DNA from: Candidatus Eremiobacteria bacterium
GTDB lineage: Bacteria; Vulcanimicrobiota; Vulcanimicrobiia; Vulcanimicrobiales; Vulcanimicrobiaceae
Length of the DNA: 64,000 nucleotides
Direction of reading: 5' to 3'
Assembly: GCA_963758295.1 (NCBI GenBank)
Contig: CAVWUU010000004.1
Span: 672,001-736,000, forward strand
Shown: positions 11,664 through 20,624 of the stretch, piece after piece
Position numbering within the stretch: the first letter of the stretch is position 1
How the letters are laid out: each line of letters starts with the position of its first letter
The notes under the pieces: generated by a model
Databases searched by the model: none
Told to the model about the DNA's origin: nothing
Seen by the model: the letters and a program-made list of their open reading frames with translations, nothing else
Position numbers and translations under genes: made by a program

Positions 11664-12455
11664 ATGATCACCATTAGCGACGAGTTGTCGCGAAGCCGGC
11701 GCACGCGTGAAGCGTGGGCTTTGCTTGCGTCCGCGCTGCTCAATTTTCTGCTCTTGCCGCTCCTCGTCTGGTTGTTTGGCTCGAAGATGGTCTTCGTGCC
11801 GAACCAGCAGCGCGAGCAGTTCGTCGTGTCCTCATCGGCCGTGCACATCGAGCACCGGACCGTTCCGCAGCCCGCCTCGGCGCCCCATCGCGCGCTTCCG
11901 TTGCCGCAACACGCTCAGGTGCCAAAGACGACCGTCCATCACCCACCCTCGCAGCACCACGAGCTCGCTCGCGAGGAACCGCAGGCGGCACCGCAGCCTC
12001 CCGCTCGCACGCAAGCGACCCTCGCTCAAACGCTTGCGAAAGACGAACAAGCATTCTCGCAAGAGACGAAAACGCTGCATGCCGAGAACAACCCGATGAG
12101 TGTCGCGACGATTGCGCCGCAGCCGCCCTCGACGTACCAGCGCTCGTACGTCGACATCAATGGAAAGGACAAGCAAGAGAATGTTTTTGCCGTCTTGACG
12201 GTGCGCGAAAAATTCCAAACGGCGGCGCTTCACTGCTACTACGTGCGCTACGACGCCCAGTTCAGCGGCGGCGGTACCGACGACGGCACGATCCCTTGGC
12301 CGGTCTGCTACCCGAAGGATCATGACGCCATGCTGCCGTTGGACCGTCCCCATATGCTCCCGGTCCCCGCGCCTCAACCCGGGTATGTCCTTCCGCCCGG
12401 CACGGTCCTCTCGCCGCTGCTGCAAGAGATTTACGATCGCAAGATTCAAAATTAG
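11664..12455 (+). CDS. Hypothetical membrane-anchored protein with Pro/Gln-rich linker (TonB-like layout)
   Basis: N-terminal TM helix, Pro/His/Gln-rich linker, globular C-terminus; ATG abuts the upstream TAA. Confidence 0.6.
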   Translation: MITISDELSRSRRTREAWALLASALLNFLLLPLLVWLFGSKMVFVPNQQREQFVVSSSAVHIEHRTVPQPASAPHRALPLPQHAQVPKTTVHHPPSQHHELAREEPQAAPQPPARTQATLAQTLAKDEQAFSQETKTLHAENNPMSVATIAPQPPSTYQRSYVDINGKDKQENVFAVLTVREKFQTAALHCYYVRYDAQFSGGGTDDGTIPWPVCYPKDHDAMLPLDRPHMLPVPAPQPGYVLPPGTVLSPLLQEIYDRKIQN

Positions 12456-12513
12456 AATTCAGCAAGCGACTATAGAGCATGACAATTAGCGCCGAACACT
12501 ATCGAAATCCATA

Positions 12514-14430
12514 GTGTTTTCAAAGATTCGAACCCAAGCCGTACTCCTGAGCGCAGTCCCGTTGACTGCGCTTCTTGTGATTTTGCTCTTAGCGATCTCG
12601 GCGGAACGGCAGTCACGCCAGATGACCTACTGGGCTCAGCACTCCGAAATCGTGCTCTCGTCTTCTGCGGACCTTTTACATTCGCTCGGCGAGGCGAACG
12701 CTTTGGCCGTTCAAAGCGCCAGTACTCGTAAGGCGTCAGATTATGCCGCGTATCAAGCCAAAGATTTGGTCCTTACGAAAACACGCAGGCAGCTGCTTTC
12801 GCTCGTAAGCGACAATCCGGCGCAGACGAAACGCGCGCAAACGCTTACTTCAGTAGTGGGCAAGGCCCAACAAGTCATGGGAGCTTACGCGTCGGCCGGC
12901 ATGGCCGGCGACAAAGCCAAGGAAGCCGCAATCGAACGCGATCCGGCAACGCGCCGCCTCGGGCCGCAGTTAGAGAAGGCCGAAACGGCGTTCGACGGCA
13001 ACGAACGTAAGCTCGCGATCGCTCGGTTCAATGCGTACGCGTCGGGATTCGACCGATACACGACGATCCTCATGGCCGCTTCGATCGCCACAATCGTGTT
13101 GACCCTTTGCACGATGACGCTTTTCGGGTTGCGAATCGTCTACCGCTTGCACCACCTCGGCGAGAATGCGCGGCGTTTGGGTGAAGGCGAATCGCCCATC
13201 GCTCTCGAGGGCACGGATGAAATCGCCGACCTCGACCGGCAGTATCGCGAGATGGCGAAACGCATGCGGCACGAACGGCAAATCGCCTCGACGCTGCAAC
13301 AAGCTATGTTGCCGCAGCGCCTTCCCGAGATTGCGGGTTTGCGCATCGATACCGCCTACGCGCCTGCATCGGACGGCGATCAAGTCGGCGGCGATTGGTA
13401 CGATGTCTTTCACGTATCCGGGACGCTGTACGGCTTGAGCATCGGCGACGTAGCCGGACATGGATTGAACGCGGCGCGTATGATGGCGACGCTGCGTCAG
13501 TCGATTCGAACGGCTGCGTACTTGACCAGCGAGACCGGCAAAGTGCTCTCGGTTGCGAACCGCCTGCTCTGTAACGATCCCGATCACGCGATTGCCACGG
13601 CGTTCTTCGGCCTTCTCGATGTGGAGACCGGCAGGCTCACGTATAGCATTGGTGGCCATCCGAGTCCAATCGTCCTGCGCTCGTCCGGCGAGGCGACGTT
13701 GCTTGAAGGCGTCGGGATGATTCTCGGCGTCAGCGCCGGCGAACGCTTCGATACGTACGAGACGCAGTTGCAGAACGGCACGGCCATGCTGCTGTACACC
13801 GACGGGTTGGTGGAAGTCGATCGCGACTACGAAGAGGGCATGAGCCGCCTGCTCGAAACGGCCGCATTCGAACAGTACCGTTCCAACGGAAACATTGCGA
13901 CAGCGATCCAGCAGCGCATATTTGAAGGCGCCGCGCGGCGAGACGACTCGGCCTTGCTCTTCGTCGCCATCACGGAACTCAATGCTCCGCAAAATAGCGA
14001 GTCGCGTACGTGGTCGCTCAACGCGCACGACAGCGAAGCGGCGGGGCGCGCAAAGCGCGCGTTGCTTTGGCACATCGGCGAACTGGCGCAAGAACACTGC
14101 GACCTGCCGGCGGTCGAATTGATCTTTGGCGAACTCATCGGCAATGTCGCGCGGCACACGCGGGGGATGGCGGACATCACGTTGGAAATCTCGGGATCCG
14201 CAGCGACGCTTCACGTCAAAGATTTCGGCGAGCCGTTCTCGGCCGACGGCGTTTCGGCGCCCGATGACCTGCTCGAAGGCGGCCGTGGATTGTTCCTTAT
14301 CCGCAGCCTTGCCCGCAAACTTACCGTGAGTCGTCACGAGAACGGAAATTGTGTTTCCGCCGTCTTACCGGCCGACATCTCGCGCCCCGTCGAATCGGTG
14401 CACGTGCCGCTCGAAGCCGTACAGCTTTAG
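12514..14430 (+). CDS. SpoIIE/PP2C phosphatase with CHASE3-like sensor, HAMP and C-terminal RsbW-like HATPase domain
   Basis: Two TM helices, GTDEIADL HAMP, LQQAMLP, VGGDWYD, GDVAGHG, GHP, YTDGLVE, DD; ELIGNVARH...D.G...GGRGL. Confidence 0.88.
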   Translation: MFSKIRTQAVLLSAVPLTALLVILLLAISAERQSRQMTYWAQHSEIVLSSSADLLHSLGEANALAVQSASTRKASDYAAYQAKDLVLTKTRRQLLSLVSDNPAQTKRAQTLTSVVGKAQQVMGAYASAGMAGDKAKEAAIERDPATRRLGPQLEKAETAFDGNERKLAIARFNAYASGFDRYTTILMAASIATIVLTLCTMTLFGLRIVYRLHHLGENARRLGEGESPIALEGTDEIADLDRQYREMAKRMRHERQIASTLQQAMLPQRLPEIAGLRIDTAYAPASDGDQVGGDWYDVFHVSGTLYGLSIGDVAGHGLNAARMMATLRQSIRTAAYLTSETGKVLSVANRLLCNDPDHAIATAFFGLLDVETGRLTYSIGGHPSPIVLRSSGEATLLEGVGMILGVSAGERFDTYETQLQNGTAMLLYTDGLVEVDRDYEEGMSRLLETAAFEQYRSNGNIATAIQQRIFEGAARRDDSALLFVAITELNAPQNSESRTWSLNAHDSEAAGRAKRALLWHIGELAQEHCDLPAVELIFGELIGNVARHTRGMADITLEISGSAATLHVKDFGEPFSADGVSAPDDLLEGGRGLFLIRSLARKLTVSRHENGNCVSAVLPADISRPVESVHVPLEAVQL

Positions 14431-14467
14431 GGCTGCGCAAGAAACGCTTCCGCGGGAAGCGCGGGGC

Positions 14468-17400
14468 TCAATGGAAATTGCGCGGGCGGATGCCGTCGAT
14501 GAGGCCTTCGCCATCGAAAGGCCAGACGTGCTGCGCAAGCATGTCGATACAGCCTTGCTGCTTCTGCAGCTTCCCTTCGACGATCAGCGTGTTGCTCGTG
14601 CGAATCTCGCGCCGGAAGCGTTCGTAGACGTCCGGACGCACGATCACGTTCACGAGGCCGGTTTCATCCTCGAGGGTAAGAAAAACGAAGCCTTTCGCCG
14701 TGCCGGGGCGCTGCCGCGTTATGACAAGTCCACCCACGCGGCATATCAGGTTTGACGGCATCTTCGCAAGCTTCGCTGCAGTGATGACTCGCGCCGCATC
14801 TAATTGCGGGCGAAAATGTTCGATCGCCTGGCGCTGCGTCGTTACGCCCGTCGACCATAAATCGAAGGCCGTTTCCTGTTTCGGCGCGACCGGCGGGAAT
14901 TGCACTTCCGGTTCTTCCATGTCCATCAAACGGCCGAGTTCGCCGCGCGCCTCACGCTCGTCGAGCGCGCGCAGAGCCCACATTGCATCGCGCCGCGACC
15001 GGTACCACGGTGAAAATGCGCCCGCCACGGCCAGATTTTCGATCGCTTCTTTTTCGAGTTGCGTGCGTTTGGCGAACGCAAGCAGATTCTCGAACGCTCC
15101 TTGCGCGAGCGCATCTTGCAATCGTTGCTTCTGGCCTTCACCTAACCCGCGCACGAGATGGAATCCCAAGCGTAACGACGCGTCCGGCTCGACGAACGAA
15201 TAATACTCGCTTGCATTGACCTGAATCGGTTTCACCACGACGCCGTGGCGTTTGGCGTCGTTTACAAGCACTTCGCTCGAATAGAACCCCATCGGCTGCA
15301 CGTTCAGGATCGCGGCCGCAAAGATCGCCGGAAAGTGGCACTTCACGTATGCCGATGCGTACGCCAAAAGCGCGAAGCTCGCCGCGTGCGATTCGGGAAA
15401 TCCGTAATCGGCGAAGCCTTCGAGCATGTGGAACAGCTGCTCCGCGGCCGTACGGTCAATGCCGTTTTCAACCATGCCTTCCACGAGCTTTGGATAAATT
15501 TCTTGCATCCGTTGGCGCGAGCGTTTATGGCCCATCGCGCGGCGCAGCTTGTCGGCTTCACCTGGCGAGAATCCCGCGGCTTCGATTGCCAATCGCATCC
15601 CTTGCTCTTGGAAAAGCGGCACGCCGAGCGTTCTTTCCAACACCGGCTTTAACTTCGGATGCGGATACGTCACCGGTTCCATTCCGTTTCGGCGGCGCAG
15701 GAACGGATGGATCATATCGCCTTGAATCGGTCCGGGGCGAATAATCGCAACCTGCATCACGAGATCGTAAAAACACGCCGGCTTCATCCGCGGCAGCATC
15801 GACATCTGCGCGCGCGACTCGATCTGAAACACCCCGATCGTATCCGCCCGCTGCGTCATCTCATACGTCGCTTTATCATCGGGGGGTATGGTGTGAAGCG
15901 CCAATTTGTCATAGTGAGCCGGTCGAGCCATGGGCGCATCTGGGGCATTATTGATATGCGCCTGTCCTTCGACAAGCTCAGGATGACGGGGGGCAAAGCA
16001 GCGGGTATGGAGAGAGAAAGCTTCGCGTAAGAGCGAGAGCATGCCGAGGCCGAGCAAGTCGATCTTGATGAGGCCCAGCTCCTGAAGATCGTCTTTGTCC
16101 CACTGAATGATCGTGCGGTCACGCATCGTTGCCCACTCGATCGGGGCGACGCGAATGAGCGGATCGCGCGTGATGACCATGCCGCCGGAGTGGATGCCCA
16201 TGTGTCGCGGAAAGCCGTCGATGCGGCGGCAGAACGCGTACAACCGTTGCGCTATTGCTCCGTTGACGGGGGCAGCGATCTGCGGATCGGGATCCTGACC
16301 GAAGTCTTTGCCTTTGAAGCCGTAGAGATACCGGTCGCTCTGGCCGCTTTCGAGACGAGAGGCGCGAACGTTAGATCCCGTATCCAAATCGCGGCGGCGC
16401 AGCACGCCTTCGGGCTTGTGCGGATGGTTTTTATCGACGGCTTCGGGATCTTCTTGGCCCGTCGCGCCTGCAAGCGATTCACGCGTATCGAATTCCCGCG
16501 CAACCTGGTCGACTTGCGCGAGCGACAGTCCTAGTGCCTTGCCCACATCGCGAATCGCCGATCGCGTTCGATACGTAACAACCTCCGCAGCCATGGCGGC
16601 ATTCGCGCGGCCGTAGCGCTCGTAAATATATTGGATGACTTTTTCTCGATCTTGATGCGCGAAATCGATATCGATGTCGGGAATCTCTTGCCGTTCCTCC
16701 GACATGAAGCGTTCGAAAAGCAAGTTCATGCCGATTGGATCGACGGCGGTAATGCCCAGTGCATAACACACGGCGGAATTCGCTGCCGAACCGCGGCCTT
16801 GGCACAGGACGCCCAAACGGTCCGCAGCCTGCACGATGTCCCAGACGATCAAAAAGTATCCGGCCAGATCCATCTTAGCGATGATGCCGAGCTCGTATTC
16901 CAATTGCCGCTCGACCGTCGAAGAAAGCGGCGAGCCATAGCGGTCTTGCGCGCCCGCGTAGACCAAGCGCCGCAAATAGGTTTGCCGCGTAGAACCTTCC
17001 GGAACGGGAAAAAGCGGAAACTGTCCCGTCAACCGGTCCAGCCGGAAGGCGCAACGCTCCGCAATGCCGAGCGTTGCATCGACGGCCTCGGGATACTGGC
17101 GGAAAAGGCGGCGCATCGCCTTTGCGTCTTTCAAGTGATATTCGGCGTTCGGGCGTAAACGGTGGTCGTTGCGCGCACGTTCCAGGTCGACCGTTTCGCG
17201 AACGCAGCACAAGACGTCGGCCAACGGCGCGTCTTCGCGCCGGGCGTATGCAACGCCGTTGGTAGCGACGTACGGAATACGCAGTTCGCGAGCGATTCCC
17301 ACGAGCTGCTCGTTGCGAAGCGCTTCTTCCGCCGTAAGATGGTGCTGCAGCTCTAGGTAATAGCGCTCGCCGAAAATCGAACGAAAGCGATCTGCAGTTT

Positions 17401-17830
17401 CGCAGGCCGCTGCGCGATCGCCGGCACGTAACGCGCGATCGACGGCTCCCTCAACGCTAGCCGAGAGCGCAATCAATCCGTCGGAACGCGACTCTAAATC
17501 TTCGAGCAGCAGCTTGGCATCGCCCTTACTTCCGCGCAGCTGTGCTTGCGAAATGAGATCGCAACAGTTTGCATAGCCGCGTTCGTCCTCGACGAGCACG
17601 ACGAGGTGCGAGCCGTCCGCAAATGTGAGCTCGCTGCCGACGATCGCCTTGATGCCGGCCCGTTGAGCGTATTTAGCGAACCGGACGCTGCCGTAGAGTC
17701 CGTCGCGATCGGTAAGTGCAAGCGTGTCTAGTTCTAGCTCGGCCGCGCGCTCGACGAGTTCTTCGGGATGTGACGCGCCGTCCAAAAACGTGAAGTTCGA
17801 GCGGCAGTGAAGTTCGGCATATCCGCGCAC
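14468..17830 (-). CDS. dnaE2: Error-prone DNA polymerase DnaE2 (ImuC)
   Basis: YAELHCRSNFTFLDGASHPEEL, GRGSAANS, PDIDIDF, KIDLLGLGML, FQIESRAQ, YGFPESHA, RQRPGTAKG, C-terminal RNFH. Confidence 0.97.
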   Translation of the reverse strand: MRGYAELHCRSNFTFLDGASHPEELVERAAELELDTLALTDRDGLYGSVRFAKYAQRAGIKAIVGSELTFADGSHLVVLVEDERGYANCCDLISQAQLRGSKGDAKLLLEDLESRSDGLIALSASVEGAVDRALRAGDRAAACETADRFRSIFGERYYLELQHHLTAEEALRNEQLVGIARELRIPYVATNGVAYARREDAPLADVLCCVRETVDLERARNDHRLRPNAEYHLKDAKAMRRLFRQYPEAVDATLGIAERCAFRLDRLTGQFPLFPVPEGSTRQTYLRRLVYAGAQDRYGSPLSSTVERQLEYELGIIAKMDLAGYFLIVWDIVQAADRLGVLCQGRGSAANSAVCYALGITAVDPIGMNLLFERFMSEERQEIPDIDIDFAHQDREKVIQYIYERYGRANAAMAAEVVTYRTRSAIRDVGKALGLSLAQVDQVAREFDTRESLAGATGQEDPEAVDKNHPHKPEGVLRRRDLDTGSNVRASRLESGQSDRYLYGFKGKDFGQDPDPQIAAPVNGAIAQRLYAFCRRIDGFPRHMGIHSGGMVITRDPLIRVAPIEWATMRDRTIIQWDKDDLQELGLIKIDLLGLGMLSLLREAFSLHTRCFAPRHPELVEGQAHINNAPDAPMARPAHYDKLALHTIPPDDKATYEMTQRADTIGVFQIESRAQMSMLPRMKPACFYDLVMQVAIIRPGPIQGDMIHPFLRRRNGMEPVTYPHPKLKPVLERTLGVPLFQEQGMRLAIEAAGFSPGEADKLRRAMGHKRSRQRMQEIYPKLVEGMVENGIDRTAAEQLFHMLEGFADYGFPESHAASFALLAYASAYVKCHFPAIFAAAILNVQPMGFYSSEVLVNDAKRHGVVVKPIQVNASEYYSFVEPDASLRLGFHLVRGLGEGQKQRLQDALAQGAFENLLAFAKRTQLEKEAIENLAVAGAFSPWYRSRRDAMWALRALDEREARGELGRLMDMEEPEVQFPPVAPKQETAFDLWSTGVTTQRQAIEHFRPQLDAARVITAAKLAKMPSNLICRVGGLVITRQRPGTAKGFVFLTLEDETGLVNVIVRPDVYERFRREIRTSNTLIVEGKLQKQQGCIDMLAQHVWPFDGEGLIDGIRPRNFH
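15908..15987 (-). repeat. 80-bp palindromic repeat dimer inside the dnaE2 coding sequence
   Basis: 32+16+32 bp structure; 68/80 identical to the array unit with one arm 32/32; encodes RHPELVEGQAHINNAPDAPMARPAHYD. Confidence 0.93.
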
Positions 17831-17839
17831 GGGCCGCCG

Positions 17840-18316
17840 CTAACGCGAGAGCCACGTGCGCAGCATTCGCAAATCGAGCCGTTTGACGATCTGCGTACAT
17901 TCCGGAGAGCATAGGTGCAGAGAGCGCAGACGGGATCGCACGCGTTCGCGCTCTTCGGCATAAAATTTTTCGATGGCCGTGCTTTTGAGAAATCGCTCGT
18001 TCTCTATGCGTAAGTGGGTGAAGCGTTGGTGCACTTCGCGCTCGCGCTGCTGCTCGCCGATGAAGCACGCGCGCAAACGCAGCTGCTCGCCGTAGCTGAA
18101 CCGCAATTCTTTGATGCGCCTCATCGGATTTTCGGAGAAGCCGATCTTACACGACCCCTCGTCCACTTCAAGCAGGTAGACGAAACCGTAGTTGTATCCC
18201 GCCAGTTCTTCGAGCGGGGAAAGCATGTGATTCGTGCGCGTGAGCTCGCCACTGCGCAGCCAGGCGGAAGCGACGGTTTGAAAGCGCTCGCACGGCGAAA
18301 CGGCCGTTATCGCCAT
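17840..18316 (-). CDS. T5orf172/GIY-YIG-like nuclease domain protein
   Basis: GFVYLL...KIGFS.NP.RRI..L...E.EVH..F..LRI.NE.F; ATG overlaps the imuB TGA; stop lies 9 bp before dnaE2. Confidence 0.75.
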   Translation of the reverse strand: MAITAVSPCERFQTVASAWLRSGELTRTNHMLSPLEELAGYNYGFVYLLEVDEGSCKIGFSENPMRRIKELRFSYGEQLRLRACFIGEQQREREVHQRFTHLRIENERFLKSTAIEKFYAEERERVRSRLRSLHLCSPECTQIVKRLDLRMLRTWLSR

Positions 18317-19755
18317 CAGTCGTACGCCCCGCGCAGATACCAGCGCGCTCCCTGGCGGTAGATGCGGCAGATCTCGCCATCTTCGAGCACCACGTCGTAT
18401 TCGTCTCGCGTGACGCCCTCGCCGAACCATCCTTCGTCGATGCGCCACGGTCCGGCGCACTCGACGACGGCGCGCGGCGGACTGCCGACAAACGCCGGCT
18501 CACCGCGATGCATGCGTACGTCGATCTCACGCACGTTGAGCAGACGGAGCTGTGGAGCGACGGCGGCTACGGTCCCGGCCGGCGCATCCACCGGATCGGG
18601 CTTAGGAACGGTAAACGGTTCGTACACGAAGCGCTCTTCAAGCGGATGGGCTTCGCGTAAGCGGGCGCGCAACGCCGGTTCGCCAAGCATCGCTTCCAGC
18701 CGCGCGAGCGTTACCGCAACATGCTGCGCATCGATGTCCTCGGCGGCAAAGAGCGCGAGCTCTTCTCCGCCTTCTTCGAGCCGCAACGCGCGCAAGTGCA
18801 GCCCGACGACCGGCGCGGAAAATTGCATCCCTTCGAGCTTTGCGCGTAATACGTCTAGCATCGAGCGTTCCTCGGCGGTGGCCATCGCCAGCACTATTTC
18901 GAAGGCCGCTTCGTCGGCGTTGTCGAGTTCCACGCGCAATTGCAAAGCGCTCGCGCGTTTCCCGCATCGTTCGAGGTCGCTGCAAATGCGCGTCAAAAGC
19001 ACGCGCAAGGCAAAAAAGACCTGCGCTTCGTCGTCGGCTTGCCCTTCGCCGAAGATCGCGGCCTCAATGCTGACGGCATGACCGCGCGGCACGAACGGTG
19101 TCCGGTCGATACCCCGCGCCCATTCGTGCCACCGCGCGGCATCGCGGCCGAACCGTCGCACGAAAGGACCATGCGGAAGTTTTGCGAGTTCGCCGAGCGT
19201 CGTGATGCCAAGTAGCCGCAAACGCTCCTTCGCGGACGGATCGAGTTCGAGCACTTGCATCGGCAATGGCTGTAAGCACTGCGCTGCTGCATCTTCTTCG
19301 AGCGTCGTTCCGTCGGCGATCCACGAAGCCGCGTACGCGCAGAATTTATTTTCCGCGCATCCCGTGCGCAACGGCAATTGAAAGCGCTCGACGATGCCGC
19401 GGACTTGCGCGATCCAATCGGGCCGATCGCCCGCAATGCCGCGCATGTCGAGAAACGCAATCCCTTCGCGCACGTCGTCGATTAACGGCGTTACCGCATC
19501 GAGCGCATCGAGCAGTTCGTTCCAGACCGCGCGCCCGCGGGCCGGATCGTAAACGGCCACGCGTGCGTTGGAAACCGCTGCAACGGCTTGCGCGACGGTT
19601 TGACCGATGCGCGCGCCTTCTTCATATGCGCGGTCGTCTAACGCCACGACGCGTCCACGATCGAATCGATCCGCCACGATCGCAGGCGTTGAAGTTGCCT
19701 GTCCGTCCAGCGAAACCGCCAATGGATACTGAGGAACGCGCACGCATAAAAGCAT
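18316..19755 (-). CDS. imuB: ImuB, inactive Y-family polymerase-like mutasome protein
   Basis: Y-family fold remnants (LGITTLGELAKLP...RRFG), clamp-like ELALF, ImuB-C tail GPWRIDEGWF...RDEYDV...WYLRGAYD; position in the cassette. Confidence 0.9.
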   Translation of the reverse strand: MLLCVRVPQYPLAVSLDGQATSTPAIVADRFDRGRVVALDDRAYEEGARIGQTVAQAVAAVSNARVAVYDPARGRAVWNELLDALDAVTPLIDDVREGIAFLDMRGIAGDRPDWIAQVRGIVERFQLPLRTGCAENKFCAYAASWIADGTTLEEDAAAQCLQPLPMQVLELDPSAKERLRLLGITTLGELAKLPHGPFVRRFGRDAARWHEWARGIDRTPFVPRGHAVSIEAAIFGEGQADDEAQVFFALRVLLTRICSDLERCGKRASALQLRVELDNADEAAFEIVLAMATAEERSMLDVLRAKLEGMQFSAPVVGLHLRALRLEEGGEELALFAAEDIDAQHVAVTLARLEAMLGEPALRARLREAHPLEERFVYEPFTVPKPDPVDAPAGTVAAVAPQLRLLNVREIDVRMHRGEPAFVGSPPRAVVECAGPWRIDEGWFGEGVTRDEYDVVLEDGEICRIYRQGARWYLRGAYD

Positions 19756-20508
19756 TTATCGAGCCTCCGCGTAGGAACGCACCGCGCGTTCGTCTACGGC
19801 GCGCTCGCGCACGAGCGTGCCGTCGGCTTGCGTGAAGATGCGAAGACAGGCCGACGCTCCCGGCGCCAGACGTTTGTGTTTGCGCAATTCCGCGCGCATG
19901 GTGAAGCCGCTGAACGTGCACCACACACCGCGTGTGCCGCATACCGCAACGCGCTGCAGCGCGCATCCCAAGCGCATGCCGGCCGACGCGGCCAGTTCCC
20001 CCGCCGCGCGTGCCGCGACGACGACGAGCAGCGCGCCCGCTTTATGTGCGAGTCCCGCCAGGCGCGCCCACACCGCCGCCCGCAGGACCGGAGCGCACAT
20101 CACGATCACACGCACCACCCGGGAGCGTAAAAGCACGTCGGCGGCGCGAGCCACACCCAGCGCCGTTCGCGCAGGCACGATCAGCAGGCGCTCGAGACGT
20201 ACGCCGGCCTGGGCCAGTGCCGGAGGGTAAAGCTCGCCTTCGTCGATGACCGCCCCCAAGCCGCGACGCGTAGCGGCCGCCAAAAGGGCGGCAACGAGGC
20301 TCCAGCGCCCGGAACAGCGTCCGCCTTCGAGCGTCACCAGGGTGCCGCGCGGAAAGCCGCCGCCGAGCATTTTATCGAGGTCGGAAAACCCGCTAGGAAT
20401 ACACGGATCGAGCGCGACCGCGGCGGACCCGCGTGCCCCCTGAAGGCGCAACTTCAACTCCTTGAAAGCGTCTTGCCGGGGGTCGGGAACGGCAGCCGGT
20501 GTAAGCAT
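19756..20508 (-). CDS. imuA: ImuA, RecA-like mutasome accessory protein
   Basis: SGFSDLDKMLGGGFPRG, degenerate P-loop GGRCSGRW, LYPPALAQAGV.LERLLIV. Confidence 0.88.
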   Translation of the reverse strand: MLTPAAVPDPRQDAFKELKLRLQGARGSAAVALDPCIPSGFSDLDKMLGGGFPRGTLVTLEGGRCSGRWSLVAALLAAATRRGLGAVIDEGELYPPALAQAGVRLERLLIVPARTALGVARAADVLLRSRVVRVIVMCAPVLRAAVWARLAGLAHKAGALLVVVAARAAGELAASAGMRLGCALQRVAVCGTRGVWCTFSGFTMRAELRKHKRLAPGASACLRIFTQADGTLVRERAVDERAVRSYAEAR

Positions 20509-20516
20509 GGGTGATC

Positions 20517-20545
20517 ATCCTAATCGAACGTATGTTCGATGTCAA
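20517..20545 (-). promoter_or_regulatory. Sigma70-type promoter with LexA (SOS) box in the spacer
   Basis: TTGACA (20545-20540), 17 bp spacer, TAGGAT (20522-20517); palindrome ATCGAAC-GTAT-GTTCGAT at 20523-20540 matches GAAC-N4-GTTC. Confidence 0.9.
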
Positions 20546-20624
20546 GACGACCTTCGGGCAGGAGTTTCGAGCGTTCTACCGAGCGCCCGGCGCGGCGAAA
20601 AACCCGGTTAAAACGGCCGCGGAA

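Noticed and set aside
14468..17830. Intein in DnaE2
   Set aside because: Both insertions are short and lack the C/S start and HN-C/S/T end motifs.
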